Shown here one piece after another: positions 10,209 through 20,134 of a stretch of DNA of 64,000 nucleotides (position 1 is the first letter of the stretch; each line of letters opens with the position of its first letter). Source of the DNA: Candidatus Sigynarchaeum calidifontis (GTDB lineage Archaea; Asgardarchaeota; Lokiarchaeia; Sigyniarchaeales; Sigyniarchaeaceae). The notes beneath the pieces were generated by a model. It worked only from the letters and a program-made list of their open reading frames with translations, did not search any database and was not told where the DNA came from. Both the position numbers and the translations under genes were made by a program. The stretch lies in NCBI GenBank assembly GCA_030587475.2, contig JAUQYZ020000089.1, forward strand, positions 1 through 64,000, in the 5' to 3' direction.

Positions 10209-12824
10209 ATGGCTATAGAAAACGCACGGATTGCTCGATTCTGTGCAGCTGGAAAATCATGCCTCGCCGGCTTCTCCAGCTCGCCGATTTTATTATTTCT
10301 ATTCGTTATCGTTCCATGGACGGTAAATCAATTGTTCGAAACCAGCTTGAATGACGAGCCACTCGTCATCATCGCAAGCGCAATCCCGTTTTCCTTCTTT
10401 TCACTGTTCCTCGTTTTGTTACCGCGAAAGGCACGCGTGTTCGTGTTCATCGCGGCCAGCATCGCCGCGGGCTTTCTCTCAATACTAGTAGGGCTGCTTT
10501 TCTGGGTTGGCCTTGACGAAACCTCTATACCATCGGCGGTGGCCATTGCTGCTTATCTGGTGGCAGGTTTCATTTCCGTGTACCTCGATGTGCTCGGGAA
10601 AAACGTGCCACGGGCAAGCAACGTCGCCGAGGGGCAAATCCCGCGCTTCCTGGCACACGGAATTGGCCTTATGGCCCCCGCTTTGGTCGTGGGGATATTT
10701 ATGCAAGTTATGGGTATCGGAGCTACCTTGTTTATCGTCGCGGCTTTCGTGCACGTGGCTGCTATTCTCGGCCGTATCGTTGCCCGCGGCCAGCTCGATC
10801 AAGATCGGAGCTCTGTAGAAGAAAATGAATCGAAGGAAGAGAGAAGGAAAACGCGCCACCACGCTATCAATCTCGAGACGACGATGCTGATGTTGCTCGT
10901 GTTGCCGGTCATCTTCATCTTCTCCTCGCTCGTCAACGTGATGACCGTCGATCGAGTTTTGCTCGGCTATGGGTGCCTTGCTGCCGGGGTGTTCATTTCG
11001 TTCTTGATGTGGGACTGCATCTGGGTAGCGCGAATCGCCGTGCCGTGGACGCTTTTCGGGCTGTTTTGGTTTTTCATGATCCTCGCGCCATCGTCGGGGT
11101 TCGAATGGGGCATTCTCGCGGCCGGGCTTGCAGCGGGCATCGTGGCGGGCGAGATCGTGCTGAAGGTGACGACCTTACCCCGGTCTCCCCGGCATTCCGC
11201 CGAGGGCCTGGTGCTCTTTTTCATGCTCGTGCTCGTCGTGCTGGGCGCGGCGCTGGGAACCGAGTATCAATCCATCATCGAGGACGAGGAGTCGTATCAA
11301 TGGATCCCCGTGCTGTATATCGTCGTGGCAGGGGCGATCGTAGCCAACTTGACCCTCGTGGAACGCGTGGTTCTCAAGAAAAAGGCGCGCGGGGCACTGC
11401 TCCGCGAATTTCTCAAGTATCCTGTCCAGGAAAGCCGTCCCCTTGCATCAAGAAAAAAGCTCGTGGCGATATTGCTTGCAGCGCTCGTCGGTATGCCGTT
11501 ATTCGGCATCTCGATCGGTATGACCGCGACTCTTTATGTGCATGTGCATCTTGGCATGACCATGTACGACGTGCACGGGAACCCGGTCACCGAGGTCGAT
11601 CTGCGCCCGGGCACGGCCATGATACTTTTTTCGACTCCAAGCCCCGTGGGAACGCCGCACGGGGAACTCATCCGGCCAGGCAAGTCGGTGCGGCTCGGGG
11701 GGTATTATTACGGGTACCAGAACAGCACGGACAAGCCGTTCACGCGTGACCAGGTCATCGATTGGGTCGGCAATAACAACGACGTGTTCTCGTTCGGGTT
11801 CATGGGAACGGGTGGCGATTCGATGACCCCGGAAAACATATCCGCTATCAAGGCAATTAACGACCAGGCACGGTTCTACTACATGGCGTTTGCAACGACG
11901 CTATATGAAGATGCCGGGTCGCCTGGCGGCACGGGCCCGACGTGGGGAAATTCTCATTATCCATCCGTTCAGTTCAATGCCACGATCCATGGCATGACAT
12001 TGAAACTTGCAAACGGCAGCGAGGCGATCGGCGTCCGCAGGACCTCGAACAATGATTCTGCACATCTCATGGATCTCGGCAATGTTGCATGGGCGGATTA
12101 TTTCGCATGGATTTACGAGAACCGCAGCAAGCAGTTCCACGCGAACGGCGTCGCCATCGACGAGGTCATGTGGCAAGGATACTGGGACGTGGATAAAAAG
12201 AATGGTGGCGTGCCACTTCGCGATTACACGTCACCAGAACAGGTACGTGCCACATGCTATGCATGGCTCCAGCATATCGATGCAAAGATGAGCGTGGAGA
12301 TCATCACGCAGGCCTTCTGGCCGGAGGCACAAATATACCAGCAAGGCGTGTGGGGCGAGATTGCATTCCGCGCGGGAGGCCCGTATGGAAGGCGTGTCGA
12401 CGACCGGCCCGCATCTGTCTGGTACGACATCGCGCCCATGAACTGGATGGATATCGTCGCGAACATGTACGACATTGCTTCCAGGAACAAGAGCTATATC
12501 TGGGCCGCGTGGTACGAGCCGGGCGACATGAAGGGGTTAGAATACGCCATTGCCACGTACCTCATGGGCAAGCCCAACAACTGCACGTGCCTTGTTTTCC
12601 AGCCGCATCCTGGCTATTACCCAGAGCAGAATCTCGTCGGCTATGCCGTTCGCACGGTCAAGGACGAGGTGGAAGCCCATCCAGAGCTGTTCGACATCGA
12701 GCTCGGCGATGCACTGGGATACATGGAATTACGAGCCGGCATCGGCGGCCATTATTACCAGCGGACCTTCCAGAACGGTATCGTCATCGCGAACCCGTTC
12801 CACCCGCACGTTGCAGGTTTCTAA
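10209..12824 (+). CDS. Multi-TM membrane protein with C-terminal extracellular putative glycoside hydrolase (GHL15-like TIM barrel)
   Basis: About 13 TM segments in the N-half; C-half has MDLGNVAWADY, NGVAIDEV and YQRTFQNGIVIANP, typical of GHL15-like proteins. Confidence 0.6.
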   Translation: MAIENARIARFCAAGKSCLAGFSSSPILLFLFVIVPWTVNQLFETSLNDEPLVIIASAIPFSFFSLFLVLLPRKARVFVFIAASIAAGFLSILVGLLFWVGLDETSIPSAVAIAAYLVAGFISVYLDVLGKNVPRASNVAEGQIPRFLAHGIGLMAPALVVGIFMQVMGIGATLFIVAAFVHVAAILGRIVARGQLDQDRSSVEENESKEERRKTRHHAINLETTMLMLLVLPVIFIFSSLVNVMTVDRVLLGYGCLAAGVFISFLMWDCIWVARIAVPWTLFGLFWFFMILAPSSGFEWGILAAGLAAGIVAGEIVLKVTTLPRSPRHSAEGLVLFFMLVLVVLGAALGTEYQSIIEDEESYQWIPVLYIVVAGAIVANLTLVERVVLKKKARGALLREFLKYPVQESRPLASRKKLVAILLAALVGMPLFGISIGMTATLYVHVHLGMTMYDVHGNPVTEVDLRPGTAMILFSTPSPVGTPHGELIRPGKSVRLGGYYYGYQNSTDKPFTRDQVIDWVGNNNDVFSFGFMGTGGDSMTPENISAIKAINDQARFYYMAFATTLYEDAGSPGGTGPTWGNSHYPSVQFNATIHGMTLKLANGSEAIGVRRTSNNDSAHLMDLGNVAWADYFAWIYENRSKQFHANGVAIDEVMWQGYWDVDKKNGGVPLRDYTSPEQVRATCYAWLQHIDAKMSVEIITQAFWPEAQIYQQGVWGEIAFRAGGPYGRRVDDRPASVWYDIAPMNWMDIVANMYDIASRNKSYIWAAWYEPGDMKGLEYAIATYLMGKPNNCTCLVFQPHPGYYPEQNLVGYAVRTVKDEVEAHPELFDIELGDALGYMELRAGIGGHYYQRTFQNGIVIANPFHPHVAGF

Positions 12825-12951
12825 GTGATCTCACCAGGGATGGTCACGTGCATCGAATTGGTGAGATGTATAGTTTGCAGCGACGAGCCAGCTTCGATGA
12901 ATATGCGGACGACATGGCATTGCTTGCATCCAACGCGGGTCGCTGCGTTAT

Positions 12952-13542
12952 CTATGCGATGGTCGCGAGAAAATCCTTGAGCTTCTTGAGTGATTTCCCC
13001 CGGTGTGATACCCGGTTTTTTTCATCAAGGTCCATCTCCGCGAACGTTTTCACGTTGCCAGCGGGCTCGCTAGAAACGAATATCGGGTCGAAACCAAATC
13101 CCTTGTTTCCGCGTTCCTCGAACGCGAGCGTGCCATCAACCCGGCCCATGAACACCTTGATTTCACCTGATTGCTTCAAGTGCAAGCACGTGCAGACCTC
13201 GAAGTACGCGGCTCGCTGATCCGTGTTCTTGAATTCCTCCATGAGCTTCAAGATACCCTTGCAACCGAGCATCCGCTTGACCTCGGCGGAGAACACGCCG
13301 GGAAAGCCGTTGAGGGCCGGCACGAACAACCCGGCGTCCTCGACGAACACGTTTCCCTTGCAGATCCTGGACACGGCTTCCACCTTGTACCTGGCGACCT
13401 CGGCCAGGGAATCAGCCTGCAACTCGGGCAAGTCGACCTTGAGCTGCTTCAGCGTGAGGTTAGGAACGTTCCCTTCAAGGTAAGCCCGTGCCTCCTCGTA
13501 CTTGTTGCGATTGCCCGTCGCGAAGTACAGCATCATGACCAT
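12952..13542 (-). CDS. rdgB: Non-canonical purine NTP pyrophosphatase (RdgB/HAM1 family)
   Basis: FATGNRNK, VEDAGL, GFPGV, GFGFDPIF, KNRVSHRG; start uncertain (13533-13554). Confidence 0.95.
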   Translation of the reverse strand: MVMMLYFATGNRNKYEEARAYLEGNVPNLTLKQLKVDLPELQADSLAEVARYKVEAVSRICKGNVFVEDAGLFVPALNGFPGVFSAEVKRMLGCKGILKLMEEFKNTDQRAAYFEVCTCLHLKQSGEIKVFMGRVDGTLAFEERGNKGFGFDPIFVSSEPAGNVKTFAEMDLDEKNRVSHRGKSLKKLKDFLATIA

Positions 13543-13556
13543 TACAGACCACACGC

Positions 13557-14312
13557 TCAGAGTATCAAGATAGAGAGGGGGACATACTCCGTTTGCGGGA
13601 TGAATGCCTCGCCGAATTCACTGAAGATCTCGTCGCCGCGGAGCCTGGCCGTTTTCTCCGCCCAGGCCATGATGCGTTCGAGGACCTCGGCTTGCGAGTG
13701 GTATGCCTTGGTAAATGTCGCCACCTTTTCCTTCCAGAACGGCGAGATATCGACGATGCAGAACACGTTTGCTTCGACATAGGAAAACTTGCAAGACGGG
13801 GACTCGTACGTGTAATATCCCTTGGGCAGGACCTCCTTGTCATGGCCCCCATACGCCTTCCCGTGTACCGCGTGGTACACGGATTCCTTCACGAGCTCGG
13901 CTGTCTTCCTGTGTGACCTGTGCGCGTCGGTAACATGTGGTGAAAAAATGAGATCCGGTTGCCAATCGCGGATGAGCCCGGTAACTACTTTAACGCTCTC
14001 TCGATTGATATCAACCTCGTTCCAATTCAAGTTTACGAACTCGTTGACATGTAGACTCTTGATAGATTGCTTATATTCTTCTTGGCGCACCGAAGCGATG
14101 CGATCCTTGTCTTCATCCTTTGCATAACCACCAAGGCCAGATGTCATGAAGATCACGATGATCTCCGATCCGAGCGACGAGTATTTCAATATGGTCCCGC
14201 CACAGCTTATCAACTCGTCGTCAGGGTGGGGGGCAAAAATGAGAATGCGCTTCGGGATGACTACGGGCACTTTCTGCCCATCGATCTTGACCGTGTAAGG
14301 CTTGTCGCTCAT
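13557..14312 (-). CDS. PIG-L/LmbE family deacetylase
   Basis: APHPDDE, CGGT, DAHRSH, GEAF; the upstream part of the ORF-track call is unlikely to be coding. Confidence 0.9.
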   Translation of the reverse strand: MSDKPYTVKIDGQKVPVVIPKRILIFAPHPDDELISCGGTILKYSSLGSEIIVIFMTSGLGGYAKDEDKDRIASVRQEEYKQSIKSLHVNEFVNLNWNEVDINRESVKVVTGLIRDWQPDLIFSPHVTDAHRSHRKTAELVKESVYHAVHGKAYGGHDKEVLPKGYYTYESPSCKFSYVEANVFCIVDISPFWKEKVATFTKAYHSQAEVLERIMAWAEKTARLRGDEIFSEFGEAFIPQTEYVPLSILIL

Positions 14313-14500
14313 GAGACTCATCACGCGCTCGAAGATGTTGGTTGTATTCAAATCTTTGGTGGCGATATAGTTATATCGAATTTCTGCGATATTCAATCGT
14401 TGGTCACTGGTGAAAAAATACGAATCCAGAGAAAGCGGCCAAGCTGAAGCAAAAAGCCGAGGAGCTCTTCCAGCAAGAGAAATACGACAAGGCACTTGAA

Positions 14501-15490
14501 ATGATCGTGAAGGCGCTCGATGAGCATCCTGAAAACCCCCTTGCATGGCAATTACAAGGGCTTATTCAGGAAGCTTGCGGGTACAAGACCGAGGCCATCA
14601 CGAGTTTCAAGGAAGCCCTTGCCCGGGACGCGAACTGCGAGATGGCGTACGTCGGCATGGCCCGCGTGCACCGTGCCCGCAAAGACTTTTTCAAGGCCTT
14701 CCAGACCCTCGCAGAGGTCACGAGCCGCAATCCCGCGAGCGAGAACGTCCGGCAGATCATCCTCGACATATTGGAAAACGACAACAAGGCAGAATGGGAG
14801 GAGCTGTTCAAGACCCAACCCGAGATATTGGTCAAGCTCTTGCAAAACGCGGGGAACGATATCGATTTCAAGTACAAGCTCACGGGGGTCTTGAAAAACG
14901 TGGCGGTGGCAAAGCCCGAGCTTTTTCAAGGTAAAGCATTAGAGATCATCAATGAGCTCTCCAAGTCGAAGGATGACGAGATCCGAAGCACCGCGTACGT
15001 GTTACTCGTGGCCGCTTACGAAGCTAGCCCGATCATCATCGAAAATCACAAGTCGATTCTCTCGATGGGCGTCAAGGATCCCAATAACTACGTTCAAAAG
15101 GCGACAGGCGGCATCATCAAATCCATGCTCGAATATTTCCCGAATTTCCTGGCAGGCGAGGAAGAGTTACTCGTCCAGGCCCTCGAGAATCCCTTGATCG
15201 CGGACATCTTGCTCAAGACCCTGCCCGCGTGCCCGAATTGCCGCGACCAGGAGAACTTGTACCTGCAGAAGATCATCGAGGGCGAGAAGATGCTGCGCTT
15301 TTACTGCGAAAAGTGCGAAACGAAGTTTTACCGCCAGCCCGGTGCCAAGACCGTGCAAATCCTGGACAAAGCCGAGCAACGCATGAAAGGACCAATCGTT
15401 TGTCCTGAATGCAAGATGCAATATCTCACCTTCTCGGAAGCCGACAAGCTCTACTCTTGCTCGGTCTGCAGAAAGTGGTACACGCAATAG
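14501..15490 (+). CDS. TPR + HEAT-like helical protein with two C-terminal CxxC...CxxC zinc ribbons
   Basis: TPR units (ALDEHPENPLAW..., ALARDANCEMAY...); CPNC..CEKC and CPEC..CSVC; frame is open upstream to 14414 (see findings). Confidence 0.8.
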   Translation: MIVKALDEHPENPLAWQLQGLIQEACGYKTEAITSFKEALARDANCEMAYVGMARVHRARKDFFKAFQTLAEVTSRNPASENVRQIILDILENDNKAEWEELFKTQPEILVKLLQNAGNDIDFKYKLTGVLKNVAVAKPELFQGKALEIINELSKSKDDEIRSTAYVLLVAAYEASPIIIENHKSILSMGVKDPNNYVQKATGGIIKSMLEYFPNFLAGEEELLVQALENPLIADILLKTLPACPNCRDQENLYLQKIIEGEKMLRFYCEKCETKFYRQPGAKTVQILDKAEQRMKGPIVCPECKMQYLTFSEADKLYSCSVCRKWYTQ

Positions 15491-15554
15491 ATCCCGCGTG
15501 GACCCTTCATTTTTTATTCTACCGGCTCTCCTTGTTCATTCGCAAGCCTTGCCT

Positions 15555-17252
15555 TCAGCGACGGGGCTTCTCGGTGCAAGCCACGTGGTCACATCCAGCA
15601 CAAGAAGCGGGTGGGGCGCATCGGGGCGAAGGCTTCCGCTCCATCGCCATTAACCATTCTCGCTTCAAGAAGCCGAGCGGGATGGGCACGAATCGATCAA
15701 TGGGCTCGGGAAACTCGCGGGCATCGAGTAAAGCCTTGGTCTCGATCAAGACACGCTCGACCACGTCGTCAGGAATAGAAAGCGGGTGTTGTTGCACGTG
15801 CGCGGCGAGCTCGACTCCACCGAGCGACAGCACGGCCTGGATTTGCGCTTCCTTGACGGAGATCGTGTCAACGCGGGCATGGCATATTTTCTCGAGTCGC
15901 CTCGCGAAGGTCTCGTACCCGCGCTTGAACCGCTTGATGTTGCTAGGCATGTAATTGTCGACGTGGAACATGAAAGGGGTGCCCAACTTGGGAACGAACG
16001 GGTTGAGGCTGATGGTGAGCTGGGCACCATGTCTCGACACGATGTCTTGAATGTGCTCCACGAACGCGGTAGTTAAATCGATGTCCGCGGATGACTCGCT
16101 GGGCAAGCCGAACATCAAGTAAATCTTGACCGTCGAGATCCCGTGGTCGAGCAATGCTACGATGGCCGTTTCATATTCGGCGTTCGTGACCTTCTTGTTC
16201 ACCGCCATGCGTAATGGTTCCGAGCCGGTCTCCGGCGCTATCGCAACGGTCTTGATGTTAGAGTGCTGCATGGTGACGAGCAGCGAAACGTCGCAGAGCG
16301 GCTTCGTGGATGGTATGGAAACCTTGTAACCGGCGTCGACGATATACTTGCATAAGGCAGGGAGCGAGGGATGATCGGCAATATTCGTGGCGACAAGCGC
16401 TATTTTCTGGTGAGGCAACCCCGATGTCTTCAGCCCGTCGACGTGCCGTGTTATCTTGTCCAGGGTGGCGAATCTCGGCGGGCGAAGCCGGCTCCCGACA
16501 AGGCAGAACCGGCAGCCCTCCCCGCAACCCCGCCCGACCTCGAGTAGATATGACGTGCCCAGGGCGGCCGATGGATCGTCGGGATCAGTGAGTGCTTGCG
16601 CATGCGGAGCGACGAACTCATCGATGTCATATGTAACCGTTTTACACGACACGGGATTGAAAATCTCTCCCCAGGGAATGCCTTCACGATATTTAAAGGC
16701 CGGGATGATGCCATGTTTCGGGCCATCATAATCCTTCCACCAGGCCTCCAGCCCCTCGATACTATCAAGATCACCGCTTTCGAGGAGATGCACGAAATTG
16801 TCGAGGAATCGCGGGAACGTTGGTTCGGCGTCGAAAAGGAAAATGAAGTCGAAAAAGGCGAGGAGGGGCATAGGATTCGAGGATATGGCGATCCCGCCCG
16901 CGATGACGAGAGGCACGCGTTCCCCGGCCGCGCGTGCCCTCGCACGAGCTAGGGGGTAGAGAGGTATACCGGCGATCTGCAGCGTCCGCGGCACGTTTGG
17001 ATAATCGGGCTCGAACGCGCAGCTGAACCCGACGAGCGAAAATGACCTCAACGGTGCCTTGAACCGGGTGGTTAATACCCGCGTCTCGTTGGTCTTTCCA
17101 GGAAAAAAACACGCGTCAGCAACGAATCGCGGGTGCCCGCCCGCGATGCGCGTGATTACGTGCATGCCGAGCGATGCTAGCCCGGCCTTTGCTAGGTTCG
17201 GGTAGCACGCAACGAAGCCGATCTTATCGGGCGTCCATGCGTTGCCGCTCAT
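15555..17252 (-). CDS. Radical SAM protein (B12-binding-like N-terminus, YgiQ/UPF0313-like)
   Basis: EVGRGCGEGCRFC CxxxCxxC motif, APETGSE, YLMFGLP, NPFVPK; C-terminal Cys cluster; start set at MSGNAW. Confidence 0.85.
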   Translation of the reverse strand: MSGNAWTPDKIGFVACYPNLAKAGLASLGMHVITRIAGGHPRFVADACFFPGKTNETRVLTTRFKAPLRSFSLVGFSCAFEPDYPNVPRTLQIAGIPLYPLARARARAAGERVPLVIAGGIAISSNPMPLLAFFDFIFLFDAEPTFPRFLDNFVHLLESGDLDSIEGLEAWWKDYDGPKHGIIPAFKYREGIPWGEIFNPVSCKTVTYDIDEFVAPHAQALTDPDDPSAALGTSYLLEVGRGCGEGCRFCLVGSRLRPPRFATLDKITRHVDGLKTSGLPHQKIALVATNIADHPSLPALCKYIVDAGYKVSIPSTKPLCDVSLLVTMQHSNIKTVAIAPETGSEPLRMAVNKKVTNAEYETAIVALLDHGISTVKIYLMFGLPSESSADIDLTTAFVEHIQDIVSRHGAQLTISLNPFVPKLGTPFMFHVDNYMPSNIKRFKRGYETFARRLEKICHARVDTISVKEAQIQAVLSLGGVELAAHVQQHPLSIPDDVVERVLIETKALLDAREFPEPIDRFVPIPLGFLKREWLMAMERKPSPRCAPPASCAGCDHVACTEKPRR

Positions 17253-17430
17253 CAATGCACTACCTCGCGTCGTAGAAGTAAATGTTTTTCCTCCAACATT
17301 GTTGCATTGGAAGAGAATCGAGAGACGAGCGGATAGTGGAGAATTTATTGCGAAGCCGAACACAACTTTTAAAATCCACTTTTAATTCAAATTCAGTAGA
17401 TATCGATTCGTCCCACGTCGTGAAGATTTC

Positions 17431-17892
17431 ATGGCTCGGATTCATGCGTCGCGGAAGGGTTCCGCGGGATCCCATCGGCCCGCGATCAAGGCATCGCCAG
17501 AATGGCTCACGTATTCCCAAAGGGAGGTCGAGGATCTAGTTATCAGCCTCGGCCGTGAGGGGTACATGCCCGCGAACATCGGGCTCATCTTGCGGGACTC
17601 GTACGGGGTTCCTCTGGTCAAAACAATAACCGGAAAGAAGATCACGGCGATCCTCCGGGAGAACAACTTGCTCATCAACCCGCTACCCGAAGACCTGACA
17701 AACTTGATCCGCCGGGCACTACAGCTGCGTGCCCACATGGATCACAACAAGAAAGATGCGCATAATCGTCGAAATCTACAATGCCTGGAGTCGAAAGTTT
17801 ACCGGCTAGTAAAATACTACAAAAGAACGGGCGTGCTTGCCCAGACATTCAAGTACAAACCTGATGAAATGAAAGGGCTCGTGTCGCGGTAA
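17431..17892 (+). CDS. rps15: 30S ribosomal protein S15 (archaeal uS15/S13e type)
   Basis: MARIHASRKGSAGSHRP, IGLILRDSYGVP, LPEDL, ESKVYRLVKYYK. Confidence 0.97.
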   Translation: MARIHASRKGSAGSHRPAIKASPEWLTYSQREVEDLVISLGREGYMPANIGLILRDSYGVPLVKTITGKKITAILRENNLLINPLPEDLTNLIRRALQLRAHMDHNKKDAHNRRNLQCLESKVYRLVKYYKRTGVLAQTFKYKPDEMKGLVSR

Positions 17893-18063
17893 TTCCCGCC
17901 TTTTCTCGTTTTCTCTAGTGCACTATTATCCATTATCTCGATTTAGGTTGCCGAGGGATCAACACGAGCTACCGGCTGTATCAAGGGCGTCCCAGTTAAC
18001 TTCAATAACCCACGCGGTCATTTCTATGGTGTTTGATGCAAGACACCGAGGCACGAACCAACC

Positions 18064-19089
18064 ATGAACCGGCGACGTTTCTGGCAAATATCCGCCGTGC
18101 TGCTCGGATTGACCATCGCAATCTCGGCATTCTCGTCGCCGGCTGTTAGCGCCGCGATCCCGTGGGCATCGTGGGTGCCGACGACGTACACGTCCCTGGG
18201 CTGGGTGAACCCGGCAGGGGCTCGGATAACCGGGCGTATACCGAATTTCCTCTTCACGAGCGATAATGGCAATGCGAATGATACCATCTTGTACTCGGAA
18301 CTCCTCGTGGACTCGGTCAACAACACCATCCTTGCAAATTATATCGACCTCGAAGAGGCGACGGGCGCGACGTTCAAGAAGAACCCGTTTAATGCCCCCG
18401 TCCCGCAAGGAAATGATGCTGCCAGGGTGGCACTCGACGCGGCGATTGCCCAGTACACGATAGTAAAGTTCACGGGCAACACGCTCTGGGACCTCATCGA
18501 ATTTACCTTCGAGCACATCTGGAACGCGATGTTCCCGTACCCACTCTGGGTCGTTGAAAAAATCAATGTCAACGCAAAGGACGGCGGCTTCCACGAGGCA
18601 ATACTTCTGGATTATGAAGGGACATCGGGGCTCGGGCTCGTTCTTTTCGTGAACCTCGGCGTGAAAGCCGCGATCTTGTTCGACGTCGGCAAAAATTCGC
18701 CATGGGCGAATACCGTCACGTTCAACGCTTCGATCCATGCCTTTGTGACGGCTTTTCTCGAACCACTGGCAGAGATCTTGCATGCCGCGCGCGCTAATCA
18801 AGGGGAAGTGATTGCATCTGGCACGCCTTTACTCGATGGCCTTGATATCAAGCCATCCCAATCGACCACGTATCTCAATCGATCTGCGTTCCTCGCGCTT
18901 GCAAACATCTTGATGGCAGCATTTCCCGTGCCATCGTTTCCGTTCATACTGGAATGGAACCAGGTTGCCATCATCATCGTCATTATCGTGGCGATCGGGC
19001 TCGTCATCTATTACGGGCTTTCATCTTATTCCACGGAGAAGAAAAAGGTGCCGGAAAGCCAGCCACGCGAGCAGCCGTGGTACTCGTGA
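18064..19089 (+). CDS. Secreted, C-terminally membrane-anchored hypothetical protein
   Basis: MNRRRFWQ plus hydrophobic signal (possibly twin-arginine); single C-terminal TM and basic tail. Confidence 0.75.
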   Translation: MNRRRFWQISAVLLGLTIAISAFSSPAVSAAIPWASWVPTTYTSLGWVNPAGARITGRIPNFLFTSDNGNANDTILYSELLVDSVNNTILANYIDLEEATGATFKKNPFNAPVPQGNDAARVALDAAIAQYTIVKFTGNTLWDLIEFTFEHIWNAMFPYPLWVVEKINVNAKDGGFHEAILLDYEGTSGLGLVLFVNLGVKAAILFDVGKNSPWANTVTFNASIHAFVTAFLEPLAEILHAARANQGEVIASGTPLLDGLDIKPSQSTTYLNRSAFLALANILMAAFPVPSFPFILEWNQVAIIIVIIVAIGLVIYYGLSSYSTEKKKVPESQPREQPWYS

Positions 19090-19111
19090 ACAATATCGGT
19101 CGCTCTGCGGT

Positions 19112-20134
19112 TCACGCGAAGGGATCTACAGGAGCCGTGATACCTTCAAGATAAGTTATGCGATCGAGATCCTCCCTTGAATGCCCGAGTTCGAAGGCGC
19201 GTTTCAAGCAAAAGAGTTCCTTCTGGAAATCTCCAAGGATTGCATAGCTCAAGGACAGGTCATACCAGCCGAGTGCATTTTCATAGTTGAGCTGCAATAT
19301 TCGCTTGTAATAGTCCAGTGAACGTTGGACCAGCTCGAGCTCCCCTGAATCGCGCATTGCTTTCGCGCAGTAGAATAAAATTGCGAGGTTGGTAGGTTCT
19401 ACGGCGACCAGGCTCTCGAGGACACGTGCCGCCTCGGAATAATCCGCGTCCTCGTAATATCTCCTTCCTTGTTCGAACACCCAGAGCAAGCCCGTGCCCT
19501 TGTCCTCTTCGGTCAAGTTCTCGTAATTTTCTAGGATGTACTTCATCACGTCGTCAGTCTTGTTTCCCGATAGGCATGGGAGCGACAAGCGTGCATAGCA
19601 CATGCAGATATCGCCGACGAAGGTGTCGAGTTGTATCGTGTTAACGAGAGTCCTTGCACGCGTCTGGCCGGGTTTCCCTCGTGATTCAACCTTGGGATAG
19701 GGAAATGTGCTCATCGATGCGAGAATAGCATCGATGACGCTTCTTGCGATGGTAAAATTGATATAATTTGCAAGAAAATCCTTTGTTTTTAGAAAATGCC
19801 CTATCCAGGAGTATTTTTGCATGGTCTTGGCATCATAATGGCCTTCCTTGGTGACGGAATGGAGAAATGAAAGTAATTTCAAGGCATGCTTGTCGTGCGG
19901 ATCGATATCGAGACCCCTCTTGAGCACGTCGAGGGCGACCATGTTCTCGCCGAGTTTTGCGAGTGCAAGGGCGAGGTTGAAGTGCATCCGGGGTTCGGAT
20001 GGTGATGCTTCGACCGATTTAAGAAAGAGATCGATCGCTTCTCGATATTCACCGTGGTTGAAGCGCTCCATCGCATCTTCTACGAGATCCCACGCGTTAC
20101 CGGATTCCACATTGCCCGCCCCAAGGTTATGCAT
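19112..20134 (-). CDS. TPR-repeat protein
   Basis: N- and C-terminal TPR blocks (HFNLALAL, WYDLSLSY, CLKRAFELG). Confidence 0.85.
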   Translation of the reverse strand: MHNLGAGNVESGNAWDLVEDAMERFNHGEYREAIDLFLKSVEASPSEPRMHFNLALALAKLGENMVALDVLKRGLDIDPHDKHALKLLSFLHSVTKEGHYDAKTMQKYSWIGHFLKTKDFLANYINFTIARSVIDAILASMSTFPYPKVESRGKPGQTRARTLVNTIQLDTFVGDICMCYARLSLPCLSGNKTDDVMKYILENYENLTEEDKGTGLLWVFEQGRRYYEDADYSEAARVLESLVAVEPTNLAILFYCAKAMRDSGELELVQRSLDYYKRILQLNYENALGWYDLSLSYAILGDFQKELFCLKRAFELGHSREDLDRITYLEGITAPVDPFA

